A DNA stretch of 64,000 bases from Fistulifera solaris (taxonomy: Eukaryota): NCBI GenBank assembly GCA_030295235.1, contig AP026164.1, positions 186,001 to 250,000 of the forward strand, given 5' to 3'. The notes beneath the pieces were generated by a model. That model had not been told where the DNA came from, made no database searches, and saw only the letters and a list, made by a program, of their open reading frames with translations. Of the stretch, positions 26,401-38,600 are shown piece by piece. The stretch's first letter is position 1. Each line of letters starts with the position of its first letter. The position numbers and the translations under genes are program-made.

Positions 26401-29400
26401 TGAAAGGTCTCGTCAATTCATTAGAAACGGCAAGAAACGTGGATCTCGTCAAAGAGGTTGCCACGGATTTACGTGAGATTGTTTTGACTGGATTGAGAGT
26501 TTTTGCGCAGTCGGAACCATTGATGATGCGCATTGTTGACGTAACGCTGCCTTATTTAAGCAAATTGATTGGATCGGAAGAATCGTCAGGACCGTCCGGC
26601 GCCGCTAGTCAGATTTTGCAATCGCTTGATGTTTTTGAAGATGAAATCGTTTCGCAGGTTGCAGGAAACAATCCGAATCTTTTAGCTGATTGGTTCTGTA
26701 TCCAGCGTTCTCTCTTGATCCAAGCAATGGCTCGTGCTGAAATACGACGGCTTCTTGTGAACACTTGGGGTCCTTATTTCCATGGAGTAAAGAAAGCTGG
26801 ACTGGCCAATTTGATAAGAGAGACCGGTGACAAGGCACGAAGCGAAGACGGACACGCTTATGGTGACGTCTTTGAATATTTCGCCAATGACGACGACACT
26901 TTGAAGCAAAGGCATGTATTGATTCAACAGTATCACGACTTGTATGGACAAGATGTAGACGGGCACGGCTCCTTCAAAACCTTGTTGCACGCAGACCAAT
27001 GTGACGAAAGTCTACTGGCATGCCAGATTTATCCGCTTAATAGCAGCAGAACCGAAAGCCAATGGATTCTGGATCATTTCCAATTTTTAGAAGCACCAAT
27101 GAATGAAACAGAGGGATCTGTTCCTCTCCTATCGAAGCACGTAAACGAGTTACTGGACACGTACTTCCCGTCGGCTTTACTAAAGGAACAAATAGTACCC
27201 ACCCGGGCGCTTCGTCCAAGGTGTTCCTACAATTTTAGGTCATTGATGATGCCGCAACGGCGTTACTTTTCTTTTCAACGAGAGGCAAAGCTTTTGTCCA
27301 GAATATGCGACATAGAGAGCGCTTTGGCTGACGACGACAACATTCACTGGACTTTGGGATTCACAAATAGTTCGTTTGACGAGGAGTTTGCTGAATCTCT
27401 TGTCAACTTTCTATATCTCTGTCCGACCGTCCGTGGTCTTTCTTTTGTAGGGATGAAAAATGGGAGAGCGTGAAAAACGCGGACAAGGAAGCTTATGGAA
27501 GCGATGGGAGTTACATGGTTGCTAGCTTAGCTGGGTCATTGCCTCCATGGATTACTCACTTGACGTTTGTCGACATGCTCACTCAAGAGGATCTGAGTAC
27601 GATTGTTTCAATACTCGAAAACGTAGGGAGACTTTCTGAATCCCAGGAATCTTCAGCGGAAGTGGGGACACAAGGAAAGTTTCTGTTTTTAGCCATAAGC
27701 AAATCACAATGCATAGCGCCAGATGTCTGGCAACGATTCTTCGGACTATTTAGTCGAGCGGGAGTGCCAATCTCAACAAGGGCTTTTTTCTTCCCTCAGA
27801 TCGTTGGACTTGAGTTTCAACGGCTTAGGTGATGACTTATGCTCCAAGGTTTTGGAGTTTACACTGCTAGAGGATTGTTCTCGCACTCTCGAATTTTTAG
27901 ATCTGTCAGGAAACAATATCAGAGCTGCACAAAAAGTAATCCGGGTACTCCACATCGCAGGCAGGCGAGGGAAGACATTCCTCCGTACACTCAATTTAGC
28001 GTCGAACAACTTGAGTAATAACGCTGCGTGGCTGGACATAATCGACATATTTAAGCGCGATGCGTTCAGGCTCGAGGAACTTGATCTGTCTTCTAATGAA
28101 ATATTCCTTTCCACCTTTGACGAAGCAGGACTTTTTGTCGGTTCCATTCTTTCATATAAAACCTTGGTTCGGTTGAACATGTCAAACAATCGGGTTCATC
28201 CATCGGCCATTGACTACATCCTTCGAAACCTTGTCGACCCAGAGCAATCGAGCAACTGCACAATAGGCTTTCTAGAGTTCGAAGTCAACGATCCTCCGTT
28301 GAGTTTTGAGCAAAATCGTCTCCTCCTAGATTTTTGCGCTCGTTCACGGCGAACGTTATTCGAGCGCTGTTGGTCACAGCGAAACATCCAAGATGTCCCG
28401 TATAAAGAAGACGAGGATGGTGACGAAAGAGTGGAACGTGTTGATGATCTTCCATACGAGGCATTCCCAGATCAAACAAGCTTAGCACCAGATGAGTCTC
28501 AGTTCCAGGACTCGCTGCCAATACCGGTAGAGATTGATAATGTTATCACGGTTCTTTTCTCTGCACCGCTGGTCTACAGGGACGGGCAGAAGCGATTTCA
28601 ACCATTCAAAAAGCTAAACTTTGATATGGAGCGCGAGTTGATGTGGCAGTGTTTGAAGGAGGCGTCCAGAGACATTGAGCTTACTTTCGACAATGCGACC
28701 AGCGAGCGGCTTCTGGCAACCATCGCAAAGCGCTGTAGCTGTCTACACTATTCAGGCCACGGTCATGTTCAATTTCTCCCGTTTGAAAATACAACTGGGG
28801 GTGCTGAATGGTTTGCCGTTTCAAAGTTCAAGGAGTTAATCCAGAACGAAAGCTCGGTACCTTTTCGTTTCGTATTTGTTTCGGCGTGTCATTCTGGCTT
28901 AGCGGGTGAAACGTTTGCCTCGGCTGGTGTGCCGCATGTTGTATGCTGTCAGCAAGAGTACGAGCTAAAAGATACGGCAGCCTTGGCCTTCACTCGTCAA
29001 TTTTACCTGGCTTTAGCTGTCGGAAACACGGTTAAGGAATCGTTCGAACAAGGTTGTCGAGCCGTTCGAGCTACGCCGAATCTCAAGGACGCGGAAAATG
29101 AAATGAAGAAATTTTTGTTACTGCCTCGTGACGGCGATCATGATGTTCCCATTTTCAATGCCAAGCCAGTTCGTGAGTGGCCCCGCGTTTTAAGCGAAGA
29201 GGCTAAGCGTTTGCGCCGAAATAGCCGGTACAATAAGAAAGGTTCCCTACCCTCTGTCGCTTTGAGAAATCTTGAACTGAACGTGAGAAATTTGATTCAG
29301 GATGATCCCTCGCCCACCCCGCCGCAATTTTTCTTGGGACGCGAGGTGGAAATGTACCACGTGTTGAATCTCGTTCTGAGTAAACGTTTGATTAGTGTTG

Positions 29401-30101
29401 TCGGAGAGCCAGGAATAGGACGATCATCTTTAGTTTGTTCTCTCTGTCACTATATCAACGAAAGACGAAATGTCATTTCTACGTCGATTGAAAAGATTTA
29501 CTTCGTAAAGGCAAAAAATTTAAGAAAAAGAGCCGATTCGTGGCTCTTATCAAAACCCTTTGAAGCGATTAGTTGATGAAGGCAAGGTACAAGAAGTTGC
29601 AGACGAAGATGACAAAGAAACTGTAATAGAAGCTATTTGTGGAGGACTAAAGAAGATGAAAGCACTTTTAGTATTTGACCGAGTCGACCTTTTGGATGAC
29701 ACCGACGACTTGACAGAGTTTCCAATGCTTTTGAGTGAATTGATTCGTGAAACGAAGGACGTTAAAATTCTGCTGACAAATCTTCGACCGCTCGGTATTC
29801 CTGCTCTTGGCGAGCAGCACTTTAGTTTGGGACCACTCAACTTTGAAAATACTGTGAGACTTTTCGCTCACCTGTGTCCCAATGTTCACCGACCTGGGGA
29901 CCGACAAAAACTGATTGATTGCCTTGTAACAAGCAAAGAAGTGGGTCAGCTTTTACCCGGTCCTGATATTCCAGAACCCATCAAATATCTATTTGACATG
30001 CTCGGCCGGGGCATACCGTCACGGATCGAGAATGCTGCTTTTGTTTACACAAAGATATTGTGGACAGACTCCGAGATGGCAGCTTTCGTGATGACCTATA
30101 G
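23468..30101 (+). CDS. Giant multidomain protein: UIM - GAT-like - ARM repeats - LRR - CHAT (caspase-like) - STAND/NB-ARC NTPase; intron about 25714..25779 and several frameshifts
   Basis: Five abutting same-strand ORFs. UIM LTEEELIEAAIKASERE; GAT-like LFELNDILTDAI; ARM GGMHSLL and GAVKALANL; LRR LRSLDLSFNGL, LEFLDLSGNNI, LRTLNLASNNL, LEELDLSSNEI; CHAT LHYSGHG and VFVSACHS; NB-ARC FLGREVEM, GEPGIGRSSL, LLVFDRVD. Confidence 0.8.
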
Positions 30102-30907
30102 GTACCATGCTTGTCACGGACACCGACGAGGTTCGACGGTATACCAAGCTGGTTACTTCCACGATGGGAGAATTTGTTGCTGTCTCAAAATCGATGTTTC
30201 ATCATGAGGGAGTTGGCTTGTAGAGGACCTGGATGTTAAATTCGAAATTAAAGTCCGCGGTGATGGTTTTCGGCGCGCTCGTTCCATCTACCTGTAGTTT
30301 GACTAGCTTCCACGCCACTTCTTAACTATTACTATCATTATCGCTGACTACCCATTCTCGGAAGCGTTATGTCTGCTGTTCAGCTCAAACACAATGCACA
30401 CGGTCGCGACTTTCCCACGACTGCATTTCAGCTACCTAAGTTTCGCTGGTTCTACAGTCTTGTTAACCTGTATTTGACCCTATTACAGTGCAGTTACCTT
30501 CAATAACAGTCGGATTACTTGCCTTGATTCGTCACGTCGCAATGCTTGGTGACAGAAGTGATGTCCGTTTTTCGGCAAGACTGCATTCCAGTCATGAAAT
30601 AGTCATCATGATTTTGCTCACAATTATGGTGCTTCGTGCTTATAGAGACTCTCAGTACAGAGTAGATAAGGGATCAGGTTTCTTTTAGCCCTCCGGGGTC
30701 GTTGGTAAGGTACCAGGTACGCGTGCCCACAGTGAAAATCGGATGAAGCTCTATGATGGCGGCTCATCGACCTCATTTATAACCAAGTTGCTTGTACATA
30801 TCTTTTGACTAAACTCATCTAGATTTCTTTCAACTACGCGTAATATTGACGGTGATCCATTCCACTCAAGTAGTCTTGGCATTAGGAGAAAACAGGAAGG
30901 CCGTTGC

Positions 30908-32050
30908 ATGCAGCAACAACAGTTTTTGCGAGCCATGAATCTTCGACAAACGGTTACTGCAGCTTTCGTTGCCAGAGCCACTCGAAGAATACACAATCAA
31001 GTTTTGTCGTTGGCTTCTACCGAAAATAGTAATGAATTTGCTACCTCTTATCACGCGCCAGTCATGTGGAAAGAATGCGTCGAAGCACTCTTGGAAGGGA
31101 GAGATGAACGACGACGGGGATTGACACTGCTGGATGGTACTTTGGGCGGTGGAGGACATTCCGAGGCCATCTTGCAGCGTCTCACAGCGGGTGACGTATT
31201 ATTTGGCTGTGATGTTGATCCACAAGCCCTCAAGACGGCGACAGGACGACTCGAAAGATATTTGCCTGGCAATACTTCCCATGGTCCTTTCTTCGTTCCA
31301 GTACAGTCTAATTTCGGAAGCCTTGTCGAGACACTTGCCAAAACAATACACCCAATTTCGAATAAACCAATTGTAGAGTCCTCACTGGATGGTTTTTTGT
31401 TAGATCTGGGAGTTAGTTCACATCAGATTGATTGCGCGGAACGAGGATTTTCCTTTCAGCAACAAGGGCCACTGGATATGCGAATGTCGGGCGTCGGTAT
31501 GACTGCAGCAGACCTATGCAACGAGTTAGATGTATTTGAGCTGAAACGCATCTTGAAAGAGTACGGCGATGAACCACGTGCCGCAAAGATAGCGGATTCA
31601 ATTGTTCGGTGTCGACCTCTTTCGACAACATCTGATTTAGTCGAGGCAGTCGCCGCTGTTACACCGGAGTACGCGAAGAAAGGACGGCGTATGGGCCGCA
31701 CAGCTACATTGGCGCGTGTCTTTCAAAGCCTTCGTATTGTTGTAAATCAGGAGTATCAAGTTTTGGAGAATGTACTGACACGGGTAGCGCCGACTCTGCT
31801 GCGCAGTGGGGGAAAACTGGTTGTTTTAAGCTACCATTCTATGGAGGATAGGGCAACGAAGAGAGCTATGCGAGATGGTACCTTAGAGAGATCACAGCGC
31901 GATGAACGAGACATGTATGGAAATACAATAGGACCCCCTCGCCCGTTTCGTACCTTAGGGAAGAAACGGAAGGCTTCTTTGGAAGAAGTCGACGTGAATC
32001 CGAGAGCACGAAGCGCAACACTACGGGTGGCAGAGAAACTAGAGAATTAG
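30908..32050 (+). CDS. rsmH: SSU rRNA m4C methyltransferase RsmH/MraW (METTL15), organellar
   Basis: YHAPVM, DGTLGGGGHS, DLGVSSHQID, RGFSF, GPLDMRM, YGDEP, FQSLRIVVNQE, SYHSMEDR, NPRARSATLR. Confidence 0.96.
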   Translation: MQQQQFLRAMNLRQTVTAAFVARATRRIHNQVLSLASTENSNEFATSYHAPVMWKECVEALLEGRDERRRGLTLLDGTLGGGGHSEAILQRLTAGDVLFGCDVDPQALKTATGRLERYLPGNTSHGPFFVPVQSNFGSLVETLAKTIHPISNKPIVESSLDGFLLDLGVSSHQIDCAERGFSFQQQGPLDMRMSGVGMTAADLCNELDVFELKRILKEYGDEPRAAKIADSIVRCRPLSTTSDLVEAVAAVTPEYAKKGRRMGRTATLARVFQSLRIVVNQEYQVLENVLTRVAPTLLRSGGKLVVLSYHSMEDRATKRAMRDGTLERSQRDERDMYGNTIGPPRPFRTLGKKRKASLEEVDVNPRARSATLRVAEKLEN

Positions 32051-32165
32051 ATTATAAGGATGCACTATAGTCAGCTGTTACGACGTACTGCATGGGTCAC
32101 AGCTGATCACCATTCAAAGTGCATGTACGATCGCATCTTGACTGCAAAAATGATGCGCTTACCGC

Positions 32166-33789
32166 TTACTTCAATGTAGGACGAGGGGCACGAGAAACTT
32201 GAAGCACAGTATCACCCATCTGGACCTTGTTCCCGTCGAAAAGAGCAAATTCTGCCGATGTTTTGACAGTACCGTTGATTTTGGTGTTGCCCTTTGACAA
32301 GTCCCAAATTTGAATGAGCAGCTTTTTCTTTGAGAGAGAGAGCTTGATACGAGCATGATTCGCTAAAACAGATTTGTCTTTCGACAGCGCGAGAGGAAGA
32401 TGGTCTTTTTTCGACGGTTTGCTACCAATGCAGTAGCGCTCTTGAGCGCCCTCTTGCACAACCCACTTTTCGCCCTTGTGGGGCCCTTCGATTGCTGTCA
32501 GTGTCGCTGCTTCATAGTGACGATCCTCCATAAGAGCCGCGATATTGCTGCCCTGAGGATCAACATTTTCTGTGGCATTCCACACTTCATCCACATCCAT
32601 AGGGTCTGCTGCGCGTTCATCGCGTGGAGCTGGATAGCGAACGGAGGACATGCGACGACGCGGGCTGCTTCTGGTAGCCCCGGCAGGGCTTGGCTGCGCT
32701 GCTTTTCGCTTCTGATCCGGAAGTCGTACAACAAGCTGCCCCAACCTCTTCTCAAACAGATCATAGTTGGGTTTTGCTGCGTAATCGCAACGGCGACATT
32801 CGTCCCACAACTCTTGAAACAACAAAGCAAGGTCGGACGGCATGCGACTGTAGAACTCGGATGATTTGTTCGTCAAATTCTGCTTCTTCTGCTGGAAAAT
32901 ATCGGCATCGGATTTGCCGTTGCTCCAGGGCAAAAAAGATCCGGATTTGTACCACAGCGCCTTAGGGTCAGTATGTGTAGCATAAACGACGATGACAAGT
33001 TCAGCTAGCAAGTAGAGCAGCGATTCAACATCATCTCGACGACTCATTGTCTGCAGTTCATGAGAATTGAAGCTAGCATATAACGGCGTTCCGCGCAAAG
33101 AAGTCATCCCCTCATTGGCGCCATGCTTGCCATTCGAGTCCATGATATCTTTCAGCAAAGCAAGATCCACCATTCGCAAGCGATCTGCAACCGAACCTTC
33201 TCCTTTCGCCACCATGAAATTGTCGGTTTTCACATCTGTAATAAGCTTATGAGCATCGTGAAATGTTTTGCAGATATCCAACATGCGTCGTGCCACAGCA
33301 CTCAAATCGACGGAATTCGATGCGACGGGAAGCGTCTTGACTGCGTCAATCAAAGTCATCTCCATCCGTTCCATGACAATAAAAAGATACCCAGCTTGAC
33401 ACAATGTGAGAGAGTATGACGTAGAAAAGAAAAAAAACACTTTCAAAGCTTCTTTACACGTACCTTCCGCATCATTTTTGTATGCTTCCAGGGTCTTGGT
33501 GTCACCCGACGGCTTGGGAAGACGCGGAATGATTTCCCCCTTGGAGGCGCGCGAAGGTAGACTGATACATGAGTCGCTCATATTGGAGAGCACGTTCATT
33601 CGCTTCACTGGCTGATTGACGTGATTTGGTCGCCTTCGCAATCGCTGTGATCTTGGCGCACCAGTCGCTCTCCTCCCCATTCTCTTTCTTCAGAGAGTAA
33701 ATGAAACCTTGTGCCCCTTCGCCGAGCTTCGTTCCGAGTACGTAGTGACCTTTGCGGTCAAACTTGATTTTCTTTAGTTGCGTAGACAT
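32166..33789 (-). CDS. CK1/VRK-like protein kinase with C-terminal FHA-like domain; frameshift near 33535, probable intron 33395..33463
   Basis: LGEGAQG, WCAK, DVKTDNFM, GTPLYAS, SRRDDVESLLY (CK1-group signature). C-terminal LTAIEGPHKGE...IGS...HARI...NTKING...LFDGNKVQMGDTVL is FHA-like. Confidence 0.85.
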
Positions 33790-34209
33790 GTTAGTTGTAC
33801 GAATCGCCTCGTAGTGCTTGCTATTGCACAAAGAATGAAAGCAATGGAAACGCTTCCCACGAAAGAAAAGAGCGTCAAGTGAAGCTGGGTGGTCGTCTTG
33901 TTTTACAGCTCTGGCGATTTCCGTTGACTTTAAGAAGAGTGATTTTACTTTTGACAAAAAATGCGTGGAACCATCCAAGTCATTAACCATAAAACGACAT
34001 ATTTGAACGGTGCTCGTACAGGAACATGTACTTTATATAACGGATTGGATGACGGAACGATGTCGCGTCGTCGAAAGATACATTGGTCTGACCACCGACC
34101 GTGACATCGGTGGTCCACGAAACGTTTTCGCATCTTTACGTTTTACTTCGTCCTCGTTTCATCCAAGTAATCATTCTAGGAAAAAGAAACAATCGATAGA
34201 AAATCGCTC

Positions 34210-35314
34210 ATGTCTCCAAATACAACATTAGGACAACAGCTCCCCGTGCTATCAGAAGATGTCTCTTCCTGGAAAGGCGCGAGCGTGCTGAGTGTCACAC
34301 AAATGACCCCTGGAGGACTGGCTTTGGTCTTTGAAATCGCCCATCAAATGCGCATGATGGTGCAAACACAAGGCGCCGACACACGCTGTCAAGGGAAATT
34401 ACTCGCTACAGTCTTCTACGAAGCATCTACTCGTACTGCATGCAGTTTCCAAGCTGCAATGATGCGATTGGGTGGAAATTATTTGCACGTCGATGGCGAG
34501 GGAGGAAACTCGTCCGCGGCGAAGAAAGGAGAATCATTGACGGATACAATTCGCTGTCTCGAATGTTATACCGATGTCACAGTTCTACGACATTACATCA
34601 AAGGCAGCGTCGGTACTGTCATTGAAGCAGCGACAAAACCTGTTATAAATGCAGGTGATGGTGTAGGAGAGCATCCGACTCAAGCATTGTTGGATGTATT
34701 TACAATTTACGATGAATTGAAATTACCGCTATCAGCAAAAGCGACCGCAAATTCCAAACCATTGACAATTGTATTATTGGGGGATCTGAAACACGGACGA
34801 ACAGTGCATTCCTTGGCCAAATTGTTGGCAAAATCGCATACAGCAGGCGTGGTTTTGCGTTATTGTGCCCCCGATGGTCTAGAACTGCCCGAAGAGATTC
34901 AAGAATATGTCGCGCAATTTGATCATGTCTTACAAGAAACAGTGACTGACTTACGAGAGGCTTGTCAGCAAGCCAACATCTTGTATGTCACGCGTGTACA
35001 ACGAGAACGTTTTGAATCGGACGAGGCTTATCAAGCTGTCAAGGTACGACTATAAAGGTAATTTTTTGACTTGCTATTGCGGTTTATTTCCTCCTAACGC
35101 TGATTGACCGTACAACTGATAGGGATCATATGTAGTGGATACAGAACTGATGCAACAGGTGCCTTCTGATATGATTGTGTTGCATCCATTGCCACGTATT
35201 GACGAAATTGACCCAGCCGTCGATTCCGATCCACGTGCTGCTTATTTCCGAGAAATGGAAAACGGCATGTACGTTCGCATGGCATTGCTTGCGTTGGTTT
35301 TGGGGAAAGTGTAA
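34210..35314 (+). CDS. pyrB: Aspartate carbamoyltransferase catalytic subunit; intron 35044..35122
   Basis: [54 protein letters not shown]. Exon 2 encodes [10 protein letters not shown] and [21 protein letters not shown]. Confidence 0.97.
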
Positions 35315-35677
35315 CATTTATCGGGTTAAAACTATAATGGACATCACTCTGCTACGCTCGAACGACACAGCATTTGCTTTGTTCAATTTTTGTCCATCGG
35401 CGCAATTTCTCGTGCGTGCACAAGATCGTCACTATCGATACGCCTATTTTGCATACTACGATGTAACGTTTCTAGCGTTAAAAATCGGGGCCGGCTAGTA
35501 TTATTGTATTATTGCGTCGAAGGCGACGTTGCTCTTACCTACATTTACGTTGATAACAGAACTGGAAGTAACAATCCTTATACGACTATTTATGATTTTA
35601 TTCATTGTTTGCATCCTGCATCGAATGAATTAAACGATAGCAATTGCTGTTAGCATTTGAAGAATTAGCCCACATAA

Positions 35678-35790
35678 ACCGTTTCCAGCTGTAAGAAGCC
35701 TGGCATAAACGAGCAGTTATAATACTGCAATGTACCGTTTCCAGTCGTAAGAAGCCTGGCATAAACGAGCAGTTATAATACTGCATTGTA
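35678..35790. repeat. 56-bp tandem duplication (2 copies), each with a GCAGT-TATAAT-ACTGC hairpin
   Basis: Units start at 35678 and 35734 and differ by about 3 nt. Confidence 0.9.
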
Positions 35791-35826
35791 ACACAGGCCG
35801 GCGCATCCCCTTTACGAGGCGGAACA

Positions 35827-38202
35827 TTAAGCAACCTCATTCGACGGAATGTGTCTTATACGCAACACTTGATCGTGATTCAGTGGCATACAAAACATAG
35901 CCCCATCTGCACCCATTACACCACCTTCCCAATGATTCAGCCCAGGAAAGGGACCACCAATGACCGAGACTTCTGGTTCGGAATCATCGGCACGAGTTCG
36001 TATCCTGCCCGGGAAGTGACAATTGTCGAGCGTCATAAGCATACCGTGCGTACTCACAGCAAGTTTCTCCATGGTACCTGCACTTACCTTAGCACCGAGT
36101 TTCCCTTGAGTGGAATACCATAAATGGTCCCATCCCGTGCTGTGAATCCGTTCTGCCATTTGTTGTTATGACTCTTCTCGATATCGCGCAAATTAGGACC
36201 CACTTCGCGACAAGTATCCGTTGAAGGCTGAGAGACAAACGAACTGTTAGTCATCAGTCATCAGTCATCAGGGATCAACTCTGTTGACTGTCCCGAAAAG
36301 AAACAAATATTACACTTACATCTACCTGAAGTACAAAGTCGCTGTCCGACGGGAAGAAGTATACTTTGCCATCCGCACCGACAGCTCCACCCAAGTATTT
36401 GTATTTACCGTCCGTACGGTGCGATCCCGATCGCAGAACGTCACCGATCGTGTGTATTTCTGGCTGCGGACCTGGAATCACTTTGAGAACGCGATCCGCT
36501 AATACAATCCAGATGGTTGTAAGCAACGACGAACACAAAGAAAAATTCGCTGCCACTAGCGACCTAACGTACCATGTGAAGGAATGCCATAAATGACTCC
36601 ATTTGGAGCTACTACACCACCGTGCCATTTGTAACCCCCCGTCGGGAAGTCCCCGTGAAGTGAACAAGTTTGTTCGGACGGATCGATTTTCAACACCGAC
36701 GAATGACATTGATGAATAGCATATATCGCACCATCGTTGCGCCCCAACAAACCACCATACCACTTGTTGCGTCCGGGAAAGGGCCCACCCAAGAAGGAAA
36801 CCTGTTCAGTGACAGGATCGAACTTCAACACCGATTCAGCTCGTTGAGGTATACAATACAAACAACCATCGATAGGTGAAATTTGTCCCCCGTGCCATTT
36901 CCACTGCAATTCGGGATCTGGAGCGAGAGGATCATTGTGATCCCATGTTAGGGTCGAAATCGATTCCGTGTGCGGATCAATGCGCAACAACGAAGAAGCA
37001 TGGCAAGGAATCCCGATAATGATTCCTGATGAAAATTGTACGGAACGCAACCATTTGTATTTGCCGTGAAACTCCGGACCTCTGAGTGTCAAGATCGGAG
37101 GTTCCACCGTTGGATCGATGCACAAGACTTGTGTGGCATGTCCAGGAATGGCATATATTTTTCCATTATGACCCAGTTCTCCTCCCAAATACTTTTCAGC
37201 TCCCCGGAGCGGCGGATCACACGACAAGAGAGCCAAATCCGTCTGTTCATCATGATAATGATGCAAGTTGGTTTCTGGTGGAGTGACTAGCGATGCCGAA
37301 GTCATTTGATTCTTCCTCTTCTTTTTCTGGTGAATTTTACCATTCTGATAATTCTGCGCGACACGGCGACTCCACTGTTCAAACGTCATGATCGAGGAAA
37401 GTTTCTCATTGTGTTGCAATAGCGGAGAAGGCGGTACTTGCAGTCGCGCCGACGGAACGGGCCGTAGAAACAAAGTCGCCGCCATTCGTTCTCCCGATTG
37501 TTGTACGACACGATGCCGACAGGCGGGAAAGAATTGACCAGTGATTTGGGAAAGGACGGAACCGATCATAATGATGGCTACGGCATGTCCCGATTGGGGT
37601 ACCGAAACCCATTTTGATGAAGTGGAATTTCGATATTCCAGTCCATAGCCTCCCTCTTGCACATCTGTGCGATCATGTACGACGATGGATATCAAAGACG
37701 GGTCGGTGTGAGCGGGCAACCAGTGCGATTGTTTCTGTGACGGATCCTCATTTGTTGCGACATATCGTTTCAAATGCCATTGACTAGAGTGACGTGTGGG
37801 TCCCATATTATCTTCAAACCAATTGAGAGGTAACTGTAAATGTTGTTCTATGGCTCGTAAAACACTTTGCGCAACCGAATGTAGTAAATCTTCCAGGGAA
37901 CGTGTCGTCACTGCGAAATCCCAACTATCATCGATCAAGTTCATTCTTCCCTCATCGGACCACACAAAGCCTTCTCGAAACAAATTGTAGCGACTCATAC
38001 TTCCTCCAGCTGGATGATAACCTGTGACATGAGCCGAATCGGCATCGTGCGGAATGACGGGAAGATTGTGCGGATTTTGGAAGGTTTGCTGCGCGGAGGA
38101 AAACGCGTTTGATGGAATGGAAGAAGAGGATGAAGGAATATTTATGAGACTCAAACCGACATCGCGGAGCTCTTGTATTGTTGCTTCGTCGAGAGTATTC
38201 AT
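35827..38202 (-). CDS. 2OG-Fe(II) oxygenase (IPNS/DIOX-like) fused to a C-terminal beta-strand repeat (propeller-like) domain; 3 introns (36499..36572, 36228..36319, about 36005..36087)
   Basis: HTD (LPAHTDPSL), distal CRHRVV and RMA. Repeats KYLGG..GKIYAIP, KWHGG..DGCLYCIP, KWYGG..DGAIYAI, KWHGG..NGVIYGIP, KYLGG..DGKVYFFP, HWEGG..DGAMFCMP. Confidence 0.85.
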
Positions 38203-38600
38203 CGTTACCAGGGTATGATAAATTGCTGTTGAATGAATATTACCAGTATAGGATTTGGAATACAATAATAAGTGCAAGGGAATGCCGATCTTTCCATCCA
38301 TCGCATTCTTTTCTTATTTATTGACTCTTGCCGTTCATGACTGACTCATTCCAGTCGCGGTCATGTTTCGCCTACACGTTAGCCCCTCTAGTATCATCTG
38401 TCCTCGACAACGTTTCGGTACCCCGAGTAGATAGGACGAAAAACAAAAAAAGAAAGCAGTTGCATGTTGCATAACCGTTGATCCTACTCGACAATAGACT
38501 CATAAATACGTGTGTCATCCCCCCCCCCCCAAAAAAAAAAAAACAGAATGCCGCGACGATCCATTCTCACAACAAATTTAATCCTTTTGTGATTATACAC

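Noticed and set aside
38519..38543. C12-A13 homopolymer junction
   Set aside because: Simple sequence with unreliable length and no evidence of retroposition.
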